From contig NC_043026.1 of assembly GCF_006345805.1 (NCBI RefSeq), positions 9,858,001-9,922,000 on the forward strand: a stretch of 64,000 bases of DNA, given 5' to 3'. Source of the stretch: Octopus sinensis (lineage: Eukaryota). Positions 50,465-64,000 of this stretch are shown piece by piece (positions within the stretch are counted from its first letter, which is position 1; every line of letters starts with the position of its first letter). The translations under genes and the position numbers were made by a program. The notes under the pieces were generated by a model. That model had not been told where the DNA came from. It saw only the letters and a list, made by a program, of their open reading frames with translations, and searched no databases.

Positions 50465-50757
50465 TATGTAATCATATCAAAGGGAAATGGAATTTAATTA
50501 AAATTAAAAACATTTAACTAAAATTTACATTTCCAGTGGTCTAACGTGTAAAAAAATTTAGTCAAAGAGACTATATATTAGTCATACGATACAGTGTATA
50601 TTTAAACACATAAGGAATCCACGAATATCGAATTCGGATTCAGCGTCAAATATCCCATCAATATGAAACATTAAAATATTTTTTCAAGATAATTGTAAAC
50701 AGTAATTAAAACCACAAAGATCCAGTTATCCTTCTCGTATCTCCTTTGCCTCCATGT

Positions 50758-51460
50758 GATCCCAGTGCCTAACTTGTACTTATTTAATCGACCCCGAAAG
50801 GATGAAAGGCAAAGACGACCTCGGCGGAATTTGAACTCAGAACGTAGCAGCAGACGAAATACCTATTTCTTTACTACTCACAAGGGGCTAAACGCAGGGA
50901 GGACAAACAAGGACAGACAAAGGGATAAAGTCGATTATATCGATCGCAGTGCATAACTGGTACTTATTTAATCGACCCCGAAAGGATGAAGGCAAAGACG
51001 ACCTCGGCGGAATTCGAACTCAGAACGTAGCAGCAGACGAAATACCTATTTCTTTACTACTCACAAGGGGCTAAACGCAGGGAGGACAAAGGACAGACAA
51101 AGGGATAAAGTCGATTATATCGATCGCAGTGCATAACTGGTACTTATTTAATCGACCCCGAAAGGATGAAAGGCAAAGACGACCTCGGCGGAATTCGAAC
51201 TCAGAACGTAGCAGCAGACGAAATACCTATTTCTTTACTACCCACAAGGGGCTAAACACAGGGAGGACAAACAAAGACAGACGAAGGGATAAAATCGATT
51301 ATATCGATCCCAGTGCGTAACTTGTACTTATTTAATCGACCCCGAAAAGATGAAAGGCAAAGACGACCTCGGCGGAATTTGAACTCAGAACGTAGCGGCA
51401 GACGAAATTACCGCTCAGTTTTTCGCCCAGCATGCTAAGATTTCTAATAATTCGCTGCCC
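50758..51460 (-). mobile_element. Tandem array of SINE family B bodies (about 182-bp period, 4 units)
   Basis: atcgacccc at 50787, 50971, 51151, 51336. Confidence 0.8.
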
Positions 51461-51649
51461 TTACTCAGATATGAATATTAACACGAACACACACACACAC
51501 ACACACACGTTACTATGGAAACAGTTCTTCACAATCAGCTATGCATAACATAGTTCAGATCATTGTGGTTTCCATCACTGTTTACAATTTTGTTTCAGTT
51601 GTTTTCAAATTTGGTATACTAATCATGAAAAGAAAAATTAATTTCTCCT

Positions 51650-52041
51650 TGGCTGTGTGGTAAGTAGCTTGCTAACCAACCACATGCTTCCGGGTTCAGG
51701 CCACTGCGTGGCACCTTGGGCAAGTGTCTTCTGCTATAGCCCCGGGCCGACCAATGCCTTGTGAGTGGATTTGGTAGATGGAAACTGAAAGAAGCCTGTC
51801 GTATATATGTATATATATATATATATGTATTTGTGTGTCTGTGTTTGTCCCCCTAGCATTGCTTGACAACCGATGCTGATGTGTTTACGTCCCCATCACT
51901 TAGCGGTTCGGCAAAAGAGACCGATAGAATAAGTACTGGGCTTACAAAGAATAAGTCCCGGGGTCGAGTTGCTCGACTAAAAGGTGGTGCTCCAGCATGG
52001 CCGCAGTCAAATGACTGAAACAAGTGAAAGAGTAAAGAGTA
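51650..52041 (+). mobile_element. SINE family A
   Basis: Family sequence. Confidence 0.8.
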
Positions 52042-52414
52042 ATCAAAAAGTTAGTTTCTAAAATTTGCGAACTTTGGGTATTTTAGCCAATGAGAAGTGA
52101 GTATTTTATACACACCGTGGCGAAATTTTCTATTTCTATCGTAACAAATGCAAAGATCTTTCCATGGGATGTTTGAGGTTTTCATCCTATTTTACAATTA
52201 GCTTTAAAAAAACACTTTCTAATGTATCATGTAGATATAGTTTTTGAAGCTGAATCCGAATTTGTTATTAATTTATTCTAGAAAAATTTTGCAAAAACGT
52301 TAGAGGAATTCAAAGTTAGAACATTTTTCAGAATTTTCAGCCAATCAGAAAACAGCACTTTCGCTGCCCGTCTTTCATCAAGAAGAAGGGGGAAGGTGGC
52401 ATTGGCATGACAAA

Positions 52415-53150
52415 ATATTCTTTACTACTATATGCACTAGGCTCAAATTTATTTTGGGAAGGGACCAGTCGCTTAGATTGACCTCATCAGGCAACTGGTA
52501 CTTAATGTATTGACTCCAAAAGGATGAAAGGCAAATTCGACCTCGGCGGAATTTGAACTCAGAACGTAAAGACAGACGAACTACCTATTTCTTTACTACC
52601 CACAAGGGGCTAAACACAGAGAGGACAGACAAGGGGTTAAGTCGATTCCATCGATCCCAGTGCGTATGGTACTTATTTAATCGACAACACGAAGGATGAA
52701 AGGCAAAGACGACCTCGGCGGAATTTGAACTCAGAACGTAAAGACAGACGAACTACCTATTTCTTTACTACCCACAAGGGGCTAAACACAGAGAGGACAG
52801 ACAAAGGGGTTAAGTCGATTGCATCTACCCCAGTGCGTAACTGGTACTTATTTAATCGATCCCGAAAGGATGAAAGGCAAAGACGACCTCGGCGGAATTT
52901 GAACTCAGAACGTAAAGACAGACGAAATACCTATTTCTTTACTACCCACAAGGGGCTAAACACAGAGAGGACAGACAAAGGGGTTAAGTCGATTGCATCT
53001 ACCCCAGTGCGTAACTGGTACTTATTTAATCGACACCGAAAGGATGAAAGGCAAAGACGACCTCGGCGGAATTTGAACTCAGAACGTAACGGCAGACGAA
53101 ATACCTATTTCTTTACTACCCACAAGGGGCTAAACACAGAGAGGACAAAC
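52415..53150 (-). mobile_element. Tandem array of SINE family B bodies (about 173-bp period, 4 units)
   Basis: atttgaactc at 52551, 52723, 52897, 53071. Confidence 0.8.
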
Positions 53151-53291
53151 AATAATTCGTTGCCCTTACTCAGATATAGATATTAACACAAAACAGACAC
53201 ACACGTAAATAAAATGTAATCAGGTGCAATAAACCAAAATATAAAGGGATGTAAGGAGAGTTATGTGTATCAATTATTACTGCCAGGAGAC

Positions 53292-53464
53292 ACGCATGCG
53301 CATTGGACGTACTTCCTGCTTCATGTTCATTTTCGTTTCCGATGTCCAGGTGCGTGAATTCCTCGAAATCTTCTAATACTTTTATAATTCTTATATCGCA
53401 TTTCTCAACTGCCAGACACACACGTATAAAACAACACAATCCTTTATGAAGCATTTCCGTAAGT
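53292..53464 (+). promoter_or_regulatory. ZNF unit 5 promoter cassette (donor at 53459)
   Basis: Near-identical to the unit 4 cassette. Confidence 0.65.
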
Positions 53465-53995
53465 ATTAAGCAAAGAAAATTTTCATTGTTTTTAACTCTG
53501 TAGACTTTCGGTCTTTGGCGCGTCGATTCTTTGTGTATTTTCTTACGTTTTATGAATGGGAGATGTCCTTGATTTGTGAGCGATTTGGTTGCTATTTCTA
53601 GCTATGAATGGCAGATGTCTTGATTTGTGCGGGATTTGGCTGCTATTTTCTAGCTATGAATGGGAGATGTCCTTGATTTGTGCGAATTGCTCATATACAT
53701 AAGTTGGATAATCCGATTTGAGTGGGATTTTTTTTCAAAGTCACAGAGAATTGATTTCCACTCGCTTTTACGGCACCAAAAAACCATTAAAATTAGGCGA
53801 CCTAGCACCTAGTCCCCCACTCCCCAACAGACCTTTTTTTTTTTTCTTTTCCTGTCTCCCATATTTTCGATGACGGAGACCGAATATGCAAAACAAAACT
53901 ACGTTTCAAAATTTTAATTCCCCTCCAACTTGATTTTTACTTTTTTCGAAATTTTTCGTTTCAATCCATGCTGAAAATATGGAGATTAAGAATAT

Positions 53996-54438
53996 GGTGG
54001 TTCTTGGTCTCAAGAATTTGTCTTATGAAGAAAGGCTGAAGACGCTCGACCTTTACTCTCTAGAAAAAACGACGCCGCGCCGTGGTAATCTCATTCTTGC
54101 TCACAACATCATAAGCGGAAAGTGTAACCTCTCGAAAGAGCTGTTCTTCACTCCTGCTCCAGAGCATCGGCTGCGGGGGTCACTCCGAAAAGCTCTATCT
54201 GCGACGATTTCATCTCAATCGAAGGAGAGGGGCTTTCTCCGTCCGGGTTGCGGATCCGTGGAATAAGCTGCCGGACGAGATAGTGAAGATGCCGACGACC
54301 GCTCGGTTCAAAGTCTCCCTTGACCAAGAAATGGCCTGAACTCTTTGCATTGAACACCACCCTGTATATAACTCCATGTCCCCCTACATGGCCTTGCTTT
54401 TGCTTTTTGAGCCAAAAAATTAACTAACTAACTAACTA
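53996..54438 (+). mobile_element. CR1-clade LINE 3' end (same family as 27123-28000)
   Basis: GLKNLSYEERLKTLDLYSLE, WNKLP; (AACT)n tail. Confidence 0.85.
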
Positions 54439-55047
54439 CAGTTTGTCCGAATGAGCAGAGAAAGAAGTACAAAAAATAGATTTTACATATCTGTCGTACA
54501 AGAGTGGTCCCGGGGCGCGCACTCGCGCATCCAATTATTTTACGATCAACCGATTATTTTATCTTGTAAATTGAAGAATCTGATGTTATTTGGAATTAAA
54601 GTTGAGAAATTTGGGTAATTTTAGCCAATCAACAGTGTGGCATTAGCAGCTAGTTACCATGACACCAGGATGCTGTGTTATGGTTCACTTCACTCGTTTA
54701 TCAGCCCTTCCTCCCATGTCTTCATGGGTGTCCCATTTCCACGTGTTCCCTCTACTTTGAGTGATCAGCATTTCCTTAGGGAGCTGTTGGCATCCAGCTT
54801 AGTTGATCTCATTAGAAATGAATTTGTATTTTTTAAGTAACCACAATATCTTACACTGTTGTTTCTCTATAATTTCAGAACATCAGACAACATTGACATA
54901 ACAGAAGAAACATCCTCGTTTCAAAGATTAAAAGAAATATTGTACAAAACAGATGTATCAGATTGTATTTTAAAAATCTGTGGAAGAATTCTTGTGAAAC
55001 AATTCCTCAGAAGAAAATATATAAACTGATATTTGAGAGGAAAAATA

Positions 55048-56621
<1,574 letters not shown>

Positions 56622-57716
56622 AAAGGGTTGGTTCTCTTTTCTTATTTGCTTTATATGTTTACTATTCCTGTGTGTCATGCAATGGAAATTATGACTGAAG
56701 TACTTCCAAAAATTTTAGATTTTTAAAATTTTGTTTTTGCTCTTTTGAACTGCTGCTTCCTTGACCATTCATTCATTCCCTTTCCTTGGTGTAAGGACCT
56801 CCATACCAAAACTCGTTGTCTTCCTGGCAACCCTACACATTGTTCTTTATTATATACTGCATTCCCAAATTTCTGTGAATTTATTGCTTATAATCTTTTA
56901 AATGCTTCATCCATTAAATATATCATACAATAACAAGTTATGGCTGTTTCATTCACAGGAATTTTGTAAGATTGTTAAATATGTGCTTAAACACTAACCT
57001 CAAGTACAAAAGAGAAGAGACCACACAGTAAGGTCATGAGGCATAAGTATAGTTCAGTTACCAGACTAATTCCTTGTTAGTGTCTGAAGAATAGTTTCTT
57101 TAAATGAAACTTTGCAGAGATACATTTTCGGTTGTCTAGATTATGATGATTTTCGTAAAACTGAGAAAAAACGTTTTGGAAGAGATTCTGGTCATTCTCA
57201 ACCCCACCCTGTTTTTGTTACTACTAACTTCAGAACCTGGGGAAACCTACCAGCCACATGATTACCTATGAGTCTGATTACAGAATCCTGATTGGCTAAA
57301 TTCTCACCAGAAAGCAGGACAGGTAGATACTTGTAAATGCAAAGTTGGTCAATGGTAAAGAATGGACTTCACAGCATAGGTTATCAGTTACTGACTTGCG
57401 ACTGACAGCAAGAAAGTCACAGATTTCAACCAATCTGTAACGGAATGTCCTCGAAGCTCATGCATACTTTAGAGATGCACTAATTAAAGTCTTTGATGAA
57501 AAGAAAGAGAGGGAGGACCACTGGTAGGTCAGATGGGGCAATCCATGTTATGCTGCAAAACATATCTGTGGCTGGTGCCATGTGAAGGGTGACATGATGG
57601 TGGAGCAGGGAAATATACTGATCAGTAGAAACAGAGAGGCACTGTTGGAAGAACGGGAGCAGTTGGTAGTTAGAAGAGAAACTAGGAAACAGGACTCTCT
57701 AGTAAGCAGAGTGTGA

Positions 57717-58035
57717 GGGCGCGTGGCTTAGTGGTTAGGGCATTCGGCTCATGATCGTAAGGTTGTGAGTTCGATTCCCAGCGACGCGTTGTGTCCTTGA
57801 GCAAGACACTTTATTTCACGTTGCTCCAGTCCACTCAGCTGGCAAAAATGAGTTGTACTTGTATTTCAAAGGGTCAGCCTTGTCACTCTCTGTGTCACGC
57901 TGATTATCCCCGAGAACTACGTTAAGGGTACACGTGTCTGTGGAATGCTCAGCCATTTGCACGTTAATTTCACGAGCAAGCTGTTCCTTTGATCGTATCA
58001 GCTCGTCCGTAACCGTCGTCGTAACCGGCGGAGTC
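57717..58035 (+). mobile_element. tRNA-derived SINE family C; related copy at about 1990-2300
   Basis: gggcgcgtggcttagtggttagg...gagttcgattccc tRNA-like head, then ccttgagcaagacactttatttcacgttgctccagt shared with 2050-2095. Confidence 0.78.
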
Positions 58036-58744
58036 AAAGAAAGTAAGCAGAGTACAAAGTGGACCAAAAATATGAAGTGTTCTGGTTTGGAGAAATTGAT
58101 GTGTGAGGTGTGTGTGTGTGTGTGCAGACGGATAATGACTGACTTGCATTCAGTGATTCTGAAAGGAAAGAGCCCTGGAAGTGCATGAACTTGGATTCTT
58201 CACCTTCTACATCTTGTCCTCCGACTCAACTTGCACAACGACAGCACCGTACCTACCCCCTACTGTCTGGAACACTACCCCTTCTGCTGCTGTCCGTAAT
58301 GCCTCCTCCACGGTTTCCACTTTTCCTTTACCTGTCGCAAACACCCTACACGTTACCGCTCTCCCTTTAAAACAGCCCATCGCCCCCCACCCCACCCCGG
58401 CAGAGACAACTCCACGCTCCGCCCACCTTCCTCACCCATCCCCAAGACCTCTGGCAACTTAGCAAGGTTAACCTCTCCGCCTGTTGGCCTCACCACTCCT
58501 GCACAACTCATTCCTCCGTTCAACGCCACATCCAGTCCGTCGACCGGTCTCACCAGCTCCTCCTCCTCCGAAGTCGACAGGTCCGACTCACCGAGGCCAG
58601 AACACCCGCTCCTCCCTGCCATCTCTCGAACCACACCACCGCTGCGAACAGCAAAAATCCAAAACAATTACAAAATACAAATCTAACCCCGAAACATTCA
58701 ACCCACACAGACGCAAAAACGCGAAGCATGAGACTCGTCGTGCT

Positions 58745-59370
58745 AACATTTCTTATTTCTTTACTACCCACAAGGGGCTAAACACAGACAAGGACAGACA
58801 AACGGATTTAAGTCGATTGCATCTACCCCAGTGCGTAACTGGTACTTATTTAAACGACACTGAAAGGATGAAAGGCAAAATCGACCCTGGCGGAATTTGT
58901 ACCCAGAACATAAAGACAGACGAAATACCTATTTCTTTACTACCCACAAGGGGCTAAACACAGACAAACGGGTTTAAGTCGATTGCATCTACCCCAGTGC
59001 GTAACTGGTACTTATTTAATCGACCCCGAAATGAGGAAAGGCAAAGTCGATCTCGGCGGAATTTGAAATGAGAACGTAACCGCAGACGAAATACCTATTT
59101 CTTTACTACCCACAAGGGGCCAAACGGATTAAGTCGATTATATCGATCCCAGTGCGTAACTGGTACTACTTAATTTATCGACCCCGAAAGGATGAAAGGC
59201 AAAGTCGATCTCGGCGGAATTTGAAATGAGAACGTAACCGCAGACGAAATACCGCAAAGCATTTCGCCCGGCGCGCTAACGTTTCTGCTGCCAACTCGCC
59301 GCCTTGGCGCTCTAACGTTTCTGCCATCTCGCCGCCTTGGCGCTCTAACGTTTCTGCCAGCTTGCAGCCC
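58745..59370 (-). mobile_element. Tandem array of SINE family B with triplicated head end
   Basis: Three bodies, then ctaacgtttctgc repeated three times. Confidence 0.78.
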
Positions 59371-59487
59371 TTACTCAGGTATAAATATTCACACATAAAC
59401 ACATATAAATATGATCAGATGCAATAAATTAAAATATATTAGGGATTCAAGAAGAGTTGTCTGTCCTACAAATTACAGGCAGGAGAC

Positions 59488-59666
59488 ACGCATGCGCATG
59501 AAACGTATTTCCTATCTCGTGTCCGTTGTGAATGCTTTGTGCGTGAATTCTTTTTGTCAGCTTTTAATACGTTTTATAATATTATAAAACTTATTTGTAA
59601 TTTATTTCTCAACTCTCAGATACACACATATAACAACGCTATCCTTTATGAAGCATTTCCGTAAGT
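59488..59666 (+). promoter_or_regulatory. ZNF unit 6 promoter cassette (donor at 59661)
   Basis: acgcatgcgcatgaaacgtatttcc...ttccGTAAGT. Confidence 0.62.
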
Positions 59667-59890
59667 ATTAAACAATGAACATATTCAAGGGTTTTAATCC
59701 TGTCGACGTTCGGTTTTTCACACCTCTATTCTTAGAATCTCAACGGATTCCCATGTTTGCGATGACGGAGATTCCGAATATGCAAAAACGGAAAGACTTC
59801 CTTTTGTACCCCGAATCCCACTTTGTTTTTTGCTTTTTTTTTCTTCTCATTTTATATTTTTTACAGACACCCCAGTTTTCGGGTGCGGAG

Positions 59891-59921
<31 letters not shown>

Positions 59922-60340
59922 AATTATTGTATACAGTGCTCAGGTGCACCACAACTTGTCAGAAAGTGCATATAAATTACATGCAGTAATGTAGAAATGT
60001 CTGGAAAGCGAACAATGTATGAGTCAGATACATGCTTGTGTGTGTATGGAGGGAGAAAATCAGGTGTACTGTTGGTGAATCTCAGGAAGCATGGAAGTTT
60101 TGAAGGATGCAGTGCTCCGACAACTAACAACTGACGCAGGCAGTTTGTTCCATGCTTCAGCAACTCTCAGCGTAAAAAAATGTTTCCTGAAGTCATGGGA
60201 GCTGTGCTGTTTTCTTACTTTGTAAATATGTCCACGTGTGTTAAATGGGTGGAGTTTGAAAAGGTGCTCAGAGTTATTGTTTGTACGATGGTTGATAATT
60301 TTATGGGTGTCTGCCAAGTCAGCTGTCAGACGTCTGAAAA
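59891..60340 (-). mobile_element. CR1/L2-like LINE 3' end with (TTA)n tail
   Basis: NTRGHIYKVRKQ...RKHFFTLRVAEAWNKLPASVV. Confidence 0.8.
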
Positions 60341-61210
60341 AGAATTGGCATTTCAAACGTTTAAACAACACTTTCAAATTATCTTTCTGGACAAAGGCTA
60401 ATGTTAGTGTCCCCTATTCTGTGGTTTTATTTCAAACTGTTACACAATGTGGAGGGGTCAGTGTAGTTTACAAATATGTCAGCTTCACACAAGATTCTGT
60501 GGAGTAAATTTTGATGTCCATTGTCTATGTTGGCATGGTTGGATGGTTTGAGCAGGGCTGGGAAGCTGCAACAGACTCCAGTTTGATTCCTCATCGTTTC
60601 TACAGTTGGATGCCCTTCCCAGTGCCAACCCCTTCGCAGTGCACAGGGTGCTTTATATGGTACTGCACAGGCACTTTTAAATGGCACTGCCTGTCCGCTT
60701 TTATGAGGAACAATCACAATTGCTTTTCGTCACCAGAGGGATGAGTGTACTTCTGCTGTGGAGTACGGGTCTTCTTGAGTACAGCAAGGTGCCAGACATC
60801 TCGATCTTTGTCATATCACCTGAAACTTTCAGCATCTTAAGTTCGTTTATCAGCCCTTCCACCCATGTCTCCTTGGGTGTCCCACTTCCACGTGTTCCCT
60901 CTACCTTGAGGGATCAGCACTTCCTTAGGGAGCTGTTGGCATCGAGCTTAATTGATCTCATTAGAAATGAATTTGTATTTTTTAAGTAACCACAATATCT
61001 TACACTGTTGTTTCTCTATAATTTCAGAACATCAGACAACATTGACATAACAGAAGAAACATCCTCAACATCTACCACGTTTCAAAGACTAAAAGAAAAT
61101 ATTGTACAAAACAGATGTATCAGATTGTGTTTTACAAATCTGTGGAAGAATTCTTGTGAAACAATTCCTCAGAAGAAAAATATATAAACTGATATTTGAG
61201 AGGAAAAATA

Positions 61211-62938
61211 ATGGAAAAGGGTGAGAAAAGTGTAGAATTGATTTCCCCAGAACCCATGACAAAAGAGATGAGTTCATACGATTGTGATATCTGTAGAAAG
61301 TCCTTCCTTCAAAAATGTGACCTAACTATGCACAAACGTATTCATAGAGGAGAGAAACCCTATCCTTGTGACATTTGTAGTAAATCGTTCTCTTGCAGTA
61401 GTAAGTTATCTCTACACCAACATATTCATACAGAAGAGAAACCCTATCAGTGTGATGTCTGTGATAAATCATTCTCTGATAATGGTGCTCTAACTAAACA
61501 CAAACGTATTCATACAGGAGACAAACCTTATCAGTGTGATGTCTGTGGTAAATCATTCTTTAACATTTGCTATGTAACAAAGCACAAACGTTCTCATACA
61601 GGAGAGAAGCCATATCATTGCGATATCTGTGGTAAATCGTTCTCTCGAAGTAGTTACGTTACTGTGCACAAACGTATTCATACAGGTGAGAAACCATATC
61701 ATTGTGATGTCTGTGGTAAATCCTTCTCTCAAAGTATTCACTTAACTGGACACAAACGTATTCATGCAGGTGAGAAACCTTATCATTGTGACATCTGTGG
61801 TAAATCCTTCTCTCAAAGTATTCACTTATCTACACACATACGTATTCACACGGGAGTGAAGCCATATACTTGTGATATCTGTGGTAAATCATTCCCTGAA
61901 AATAGTAAATTAACAAGACACATACGAATTCATACAGGAGAGACACCATATCACTGTGATATCTGTGGTAAATCATTCTCTAATAATAATGCCTTAATAT
62001 CTCACAGACGTATTCATACTGGAGAGAAGCCATACCATTGTGATATTTGTGGTAAATCATTCTCTCAAAGTAACACCTTAAAGGGACACAGACGTATTCA
62101 TTCAGGAGAGAAGCCATATCAGTGTGATGTCTGTGGTAAAACATTCTCTCTAAATGGTGACTTAGAAAAACACAAACCTATTCATACAGCAGAGAATCCG
62201 TATCACTGTGATATTTGTGGTAAATCATTCTCTGGCAATTGTGCCTTAGTAGCACACAAACGTATTCATACAGGAGAAAGACCATATCATTGTGATATCT
62301 GTGGTAAATCATTCTCTCAAAGTTATCAGTTAACTGTACACAGACGTATTCATACAGGGGAGAAGCCATACCTTTGTGATATTTGTGGTAAATCATTCTC
62401 TCAAAGTAACTCCTTAAAGGTACACAAAAGTATTCATGCAGAGGAGAAACCATATGACTGTGATGTCTGTGGTAAATCATTCTCTCTAAATGGTGACTTA
62501 ACAAAACACAAACCTATTCATTCACTGTGATATTTGTGGTAAGCCATTCTCTGGCAATTGTGCCTTAGTAGCACACAAACGTATCATACAGGAGAGAGAC
62601 CATATCATTGTAATATCTGTGGTGAATCGTTCTCTCATAATAGTATCTTAACTGCGCACAAACGTATTCATACAGGGGAGAAGCCATACCATTGTGATAT
62701 TTGTGGTAAACCATGCTCTAATAATAGTGCTTTAACATCACACAGACGTATTCATACTGGAGAGAGACCATATCATTGTAATATCTGTGGTGAATCATTC
62801 TCTCATAATAGTATCTTAACTGCGCACAAACGTATTCATACAGGAGAGAAGCCATATCATTGTAATATCTGTGGTAAATTCTTCTATCAATATAGTAAGT
62901 TAACAAAACACAAACATATTCATAGTAGGGAGAAATGA
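61211..62938 (+). CDS. C2H2 zinc-finger gene (ZNF unit 6): 15-finger ORF to 62530, then about 5 more fingers to 62938 after a linker deletion and a frameshift
   Basis: ORF 61211-62530; TGEKPY linker missing at about 62520 and 1-nt loss at about 62585; terminal HSREK* as in unit 5; acceptor at 61027. Confidence 0.85.
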
Positions 62939-64000
62939 AAAGGGTAGATTCTCTTTTCTTATTTGCTTTATATGTTTACTATTCCTGTGTGTCATGCAAT
63001 GGAAATTATGACTGAAGTACTTCCAAAAATTTTAGATTTTTAAAATTTTGTTTTTGCTCTTTGAACTGTTGCTTCCTTGACCATTCATTCATTCCCTTTC
63101 CGTGGTGTAAGGACCTCCATACCAAAACTCGTTGTCTTCCTGGCAACCCTACACATTGTTCTTTATTATATACTGCATTCCCAAATTTCTGTGAATTTAT
63201 TGCTTATAATCTTTTAAAAGCTTCATCCATTAAATCCACAGACGTATCATTTCTCTCTTGTCCTGTCTTCTCGGAGATGTTTATACAATGGACAACATAG
63301 CTAATCCCTGTCTTTATGTATCAACGACTTGAAATAGTTCTTTTGCTGATAATCTAAATAAAAGCCAGTTCACCTTTGATGTATTTCTTGTCTTTTATTC
63401 AATGGATGTTTGTCAAACAGAGAGCATCCTGGCAGTATCCTTCTTCACCTAGGTTTAACCACAGTCTCCAGCAGCTTCATGGAGCCTCATGCAAGGTTGG
63501 GGTGGGAATGACATCACTCACTGAAGATTCACCCAGAGATGAGTCTTCTGTAGTCCTTCCTGCTGGTCATGACTTTGTAGTCTCTGTTGCTGTTGTCTAT
63601 GTCACGTGTTGGATCTTTTACAGTGTTCAGAAAACATTGAGCAACAGTCATAAACACATCTGAGACTGTCACCTTCTATCATTCCAGGAAGCCAGTAGCC
63701 TTCCTGACGACAACCAGGATGGCTTTTCCTGTGCATGAATTTCGATTCATCAACTTCTGCATCTTGTCCTCCAAGTTGCACAGGAGTGTACTAATATTTC
63801 GAAGTAATTATACCAATTAATAATTGCTTCTGTCTAATTCCAATTTGTCTCATTACAACACACTTTTGCAGTCCATTTCGGTCCAGTAACAAATCGACTT
63901 TGTAAGGCGAGTCAATGGTAGACGGACACCTGGGAAAAATGGAATCCTCTCGAATGGTCAGATGTCAGTTGTAAATTGAATCCTCCGCATTCGTCCTTCA

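Noticed and set aside
57078-57125. Hammerhead-like CTGAAGA...GAAAC motif
   Set aside because: Stem II is weak and there is no NUH cleavage triplet before the stem I strand.
57717-57790. tRNA gene
   Set aside because: The tRNA-like head continues into a SINE body shared with 1990-2300, with no proper acceptor stem or terminator.
63790-64000. Mariner transposase remnant on the minus strand
   Set aside because: Only a frameshifted VTG.KW-like trace at the window edge; too weak to call.

Overview
Eukaryotic, AT-rich, repeat-dense DNA; the SINE families and the naked C2H2 arrays look like an octopus (coleoid cephalopod) genome, which is an inference. Left part (1-10.6 kb, minus strand): six coding exons of a D-amino-acid/D-aspartate oxidase family gene, which I spliced by hand into one open frame; its 3' exons lie outside the window. 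Right part (14-63 kb, plus strand): a tandem cluster of six paralogous C2H2 zinc-finger genes with 8-21 fingers, a single coding exon and no recognisable effector domain. Each unit carries the same cassette: NRF1-like plus ETS-like promoter, non-coding exon with a GTAAGT donor, 52-bp minisatellite, old RTE relic, conserved splice acceptor. Interspersed are tRNA-derived SINEs, RTE, CR1 and R4/Dong LINE pieces, Helitrons, piggyBac-, hAT- and Mutator-like MITEs and a 5S rRNA-derived copy. The least obvious signal is seven Penelope-type hammerhead ribozyme motifs. Four have intact catalytic cores: two on the oxidase strand 5' of its coding exons, and two in sense orientation just downstream of zinc-finger genes. 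No CRISPR or prokaryotic features were seen.
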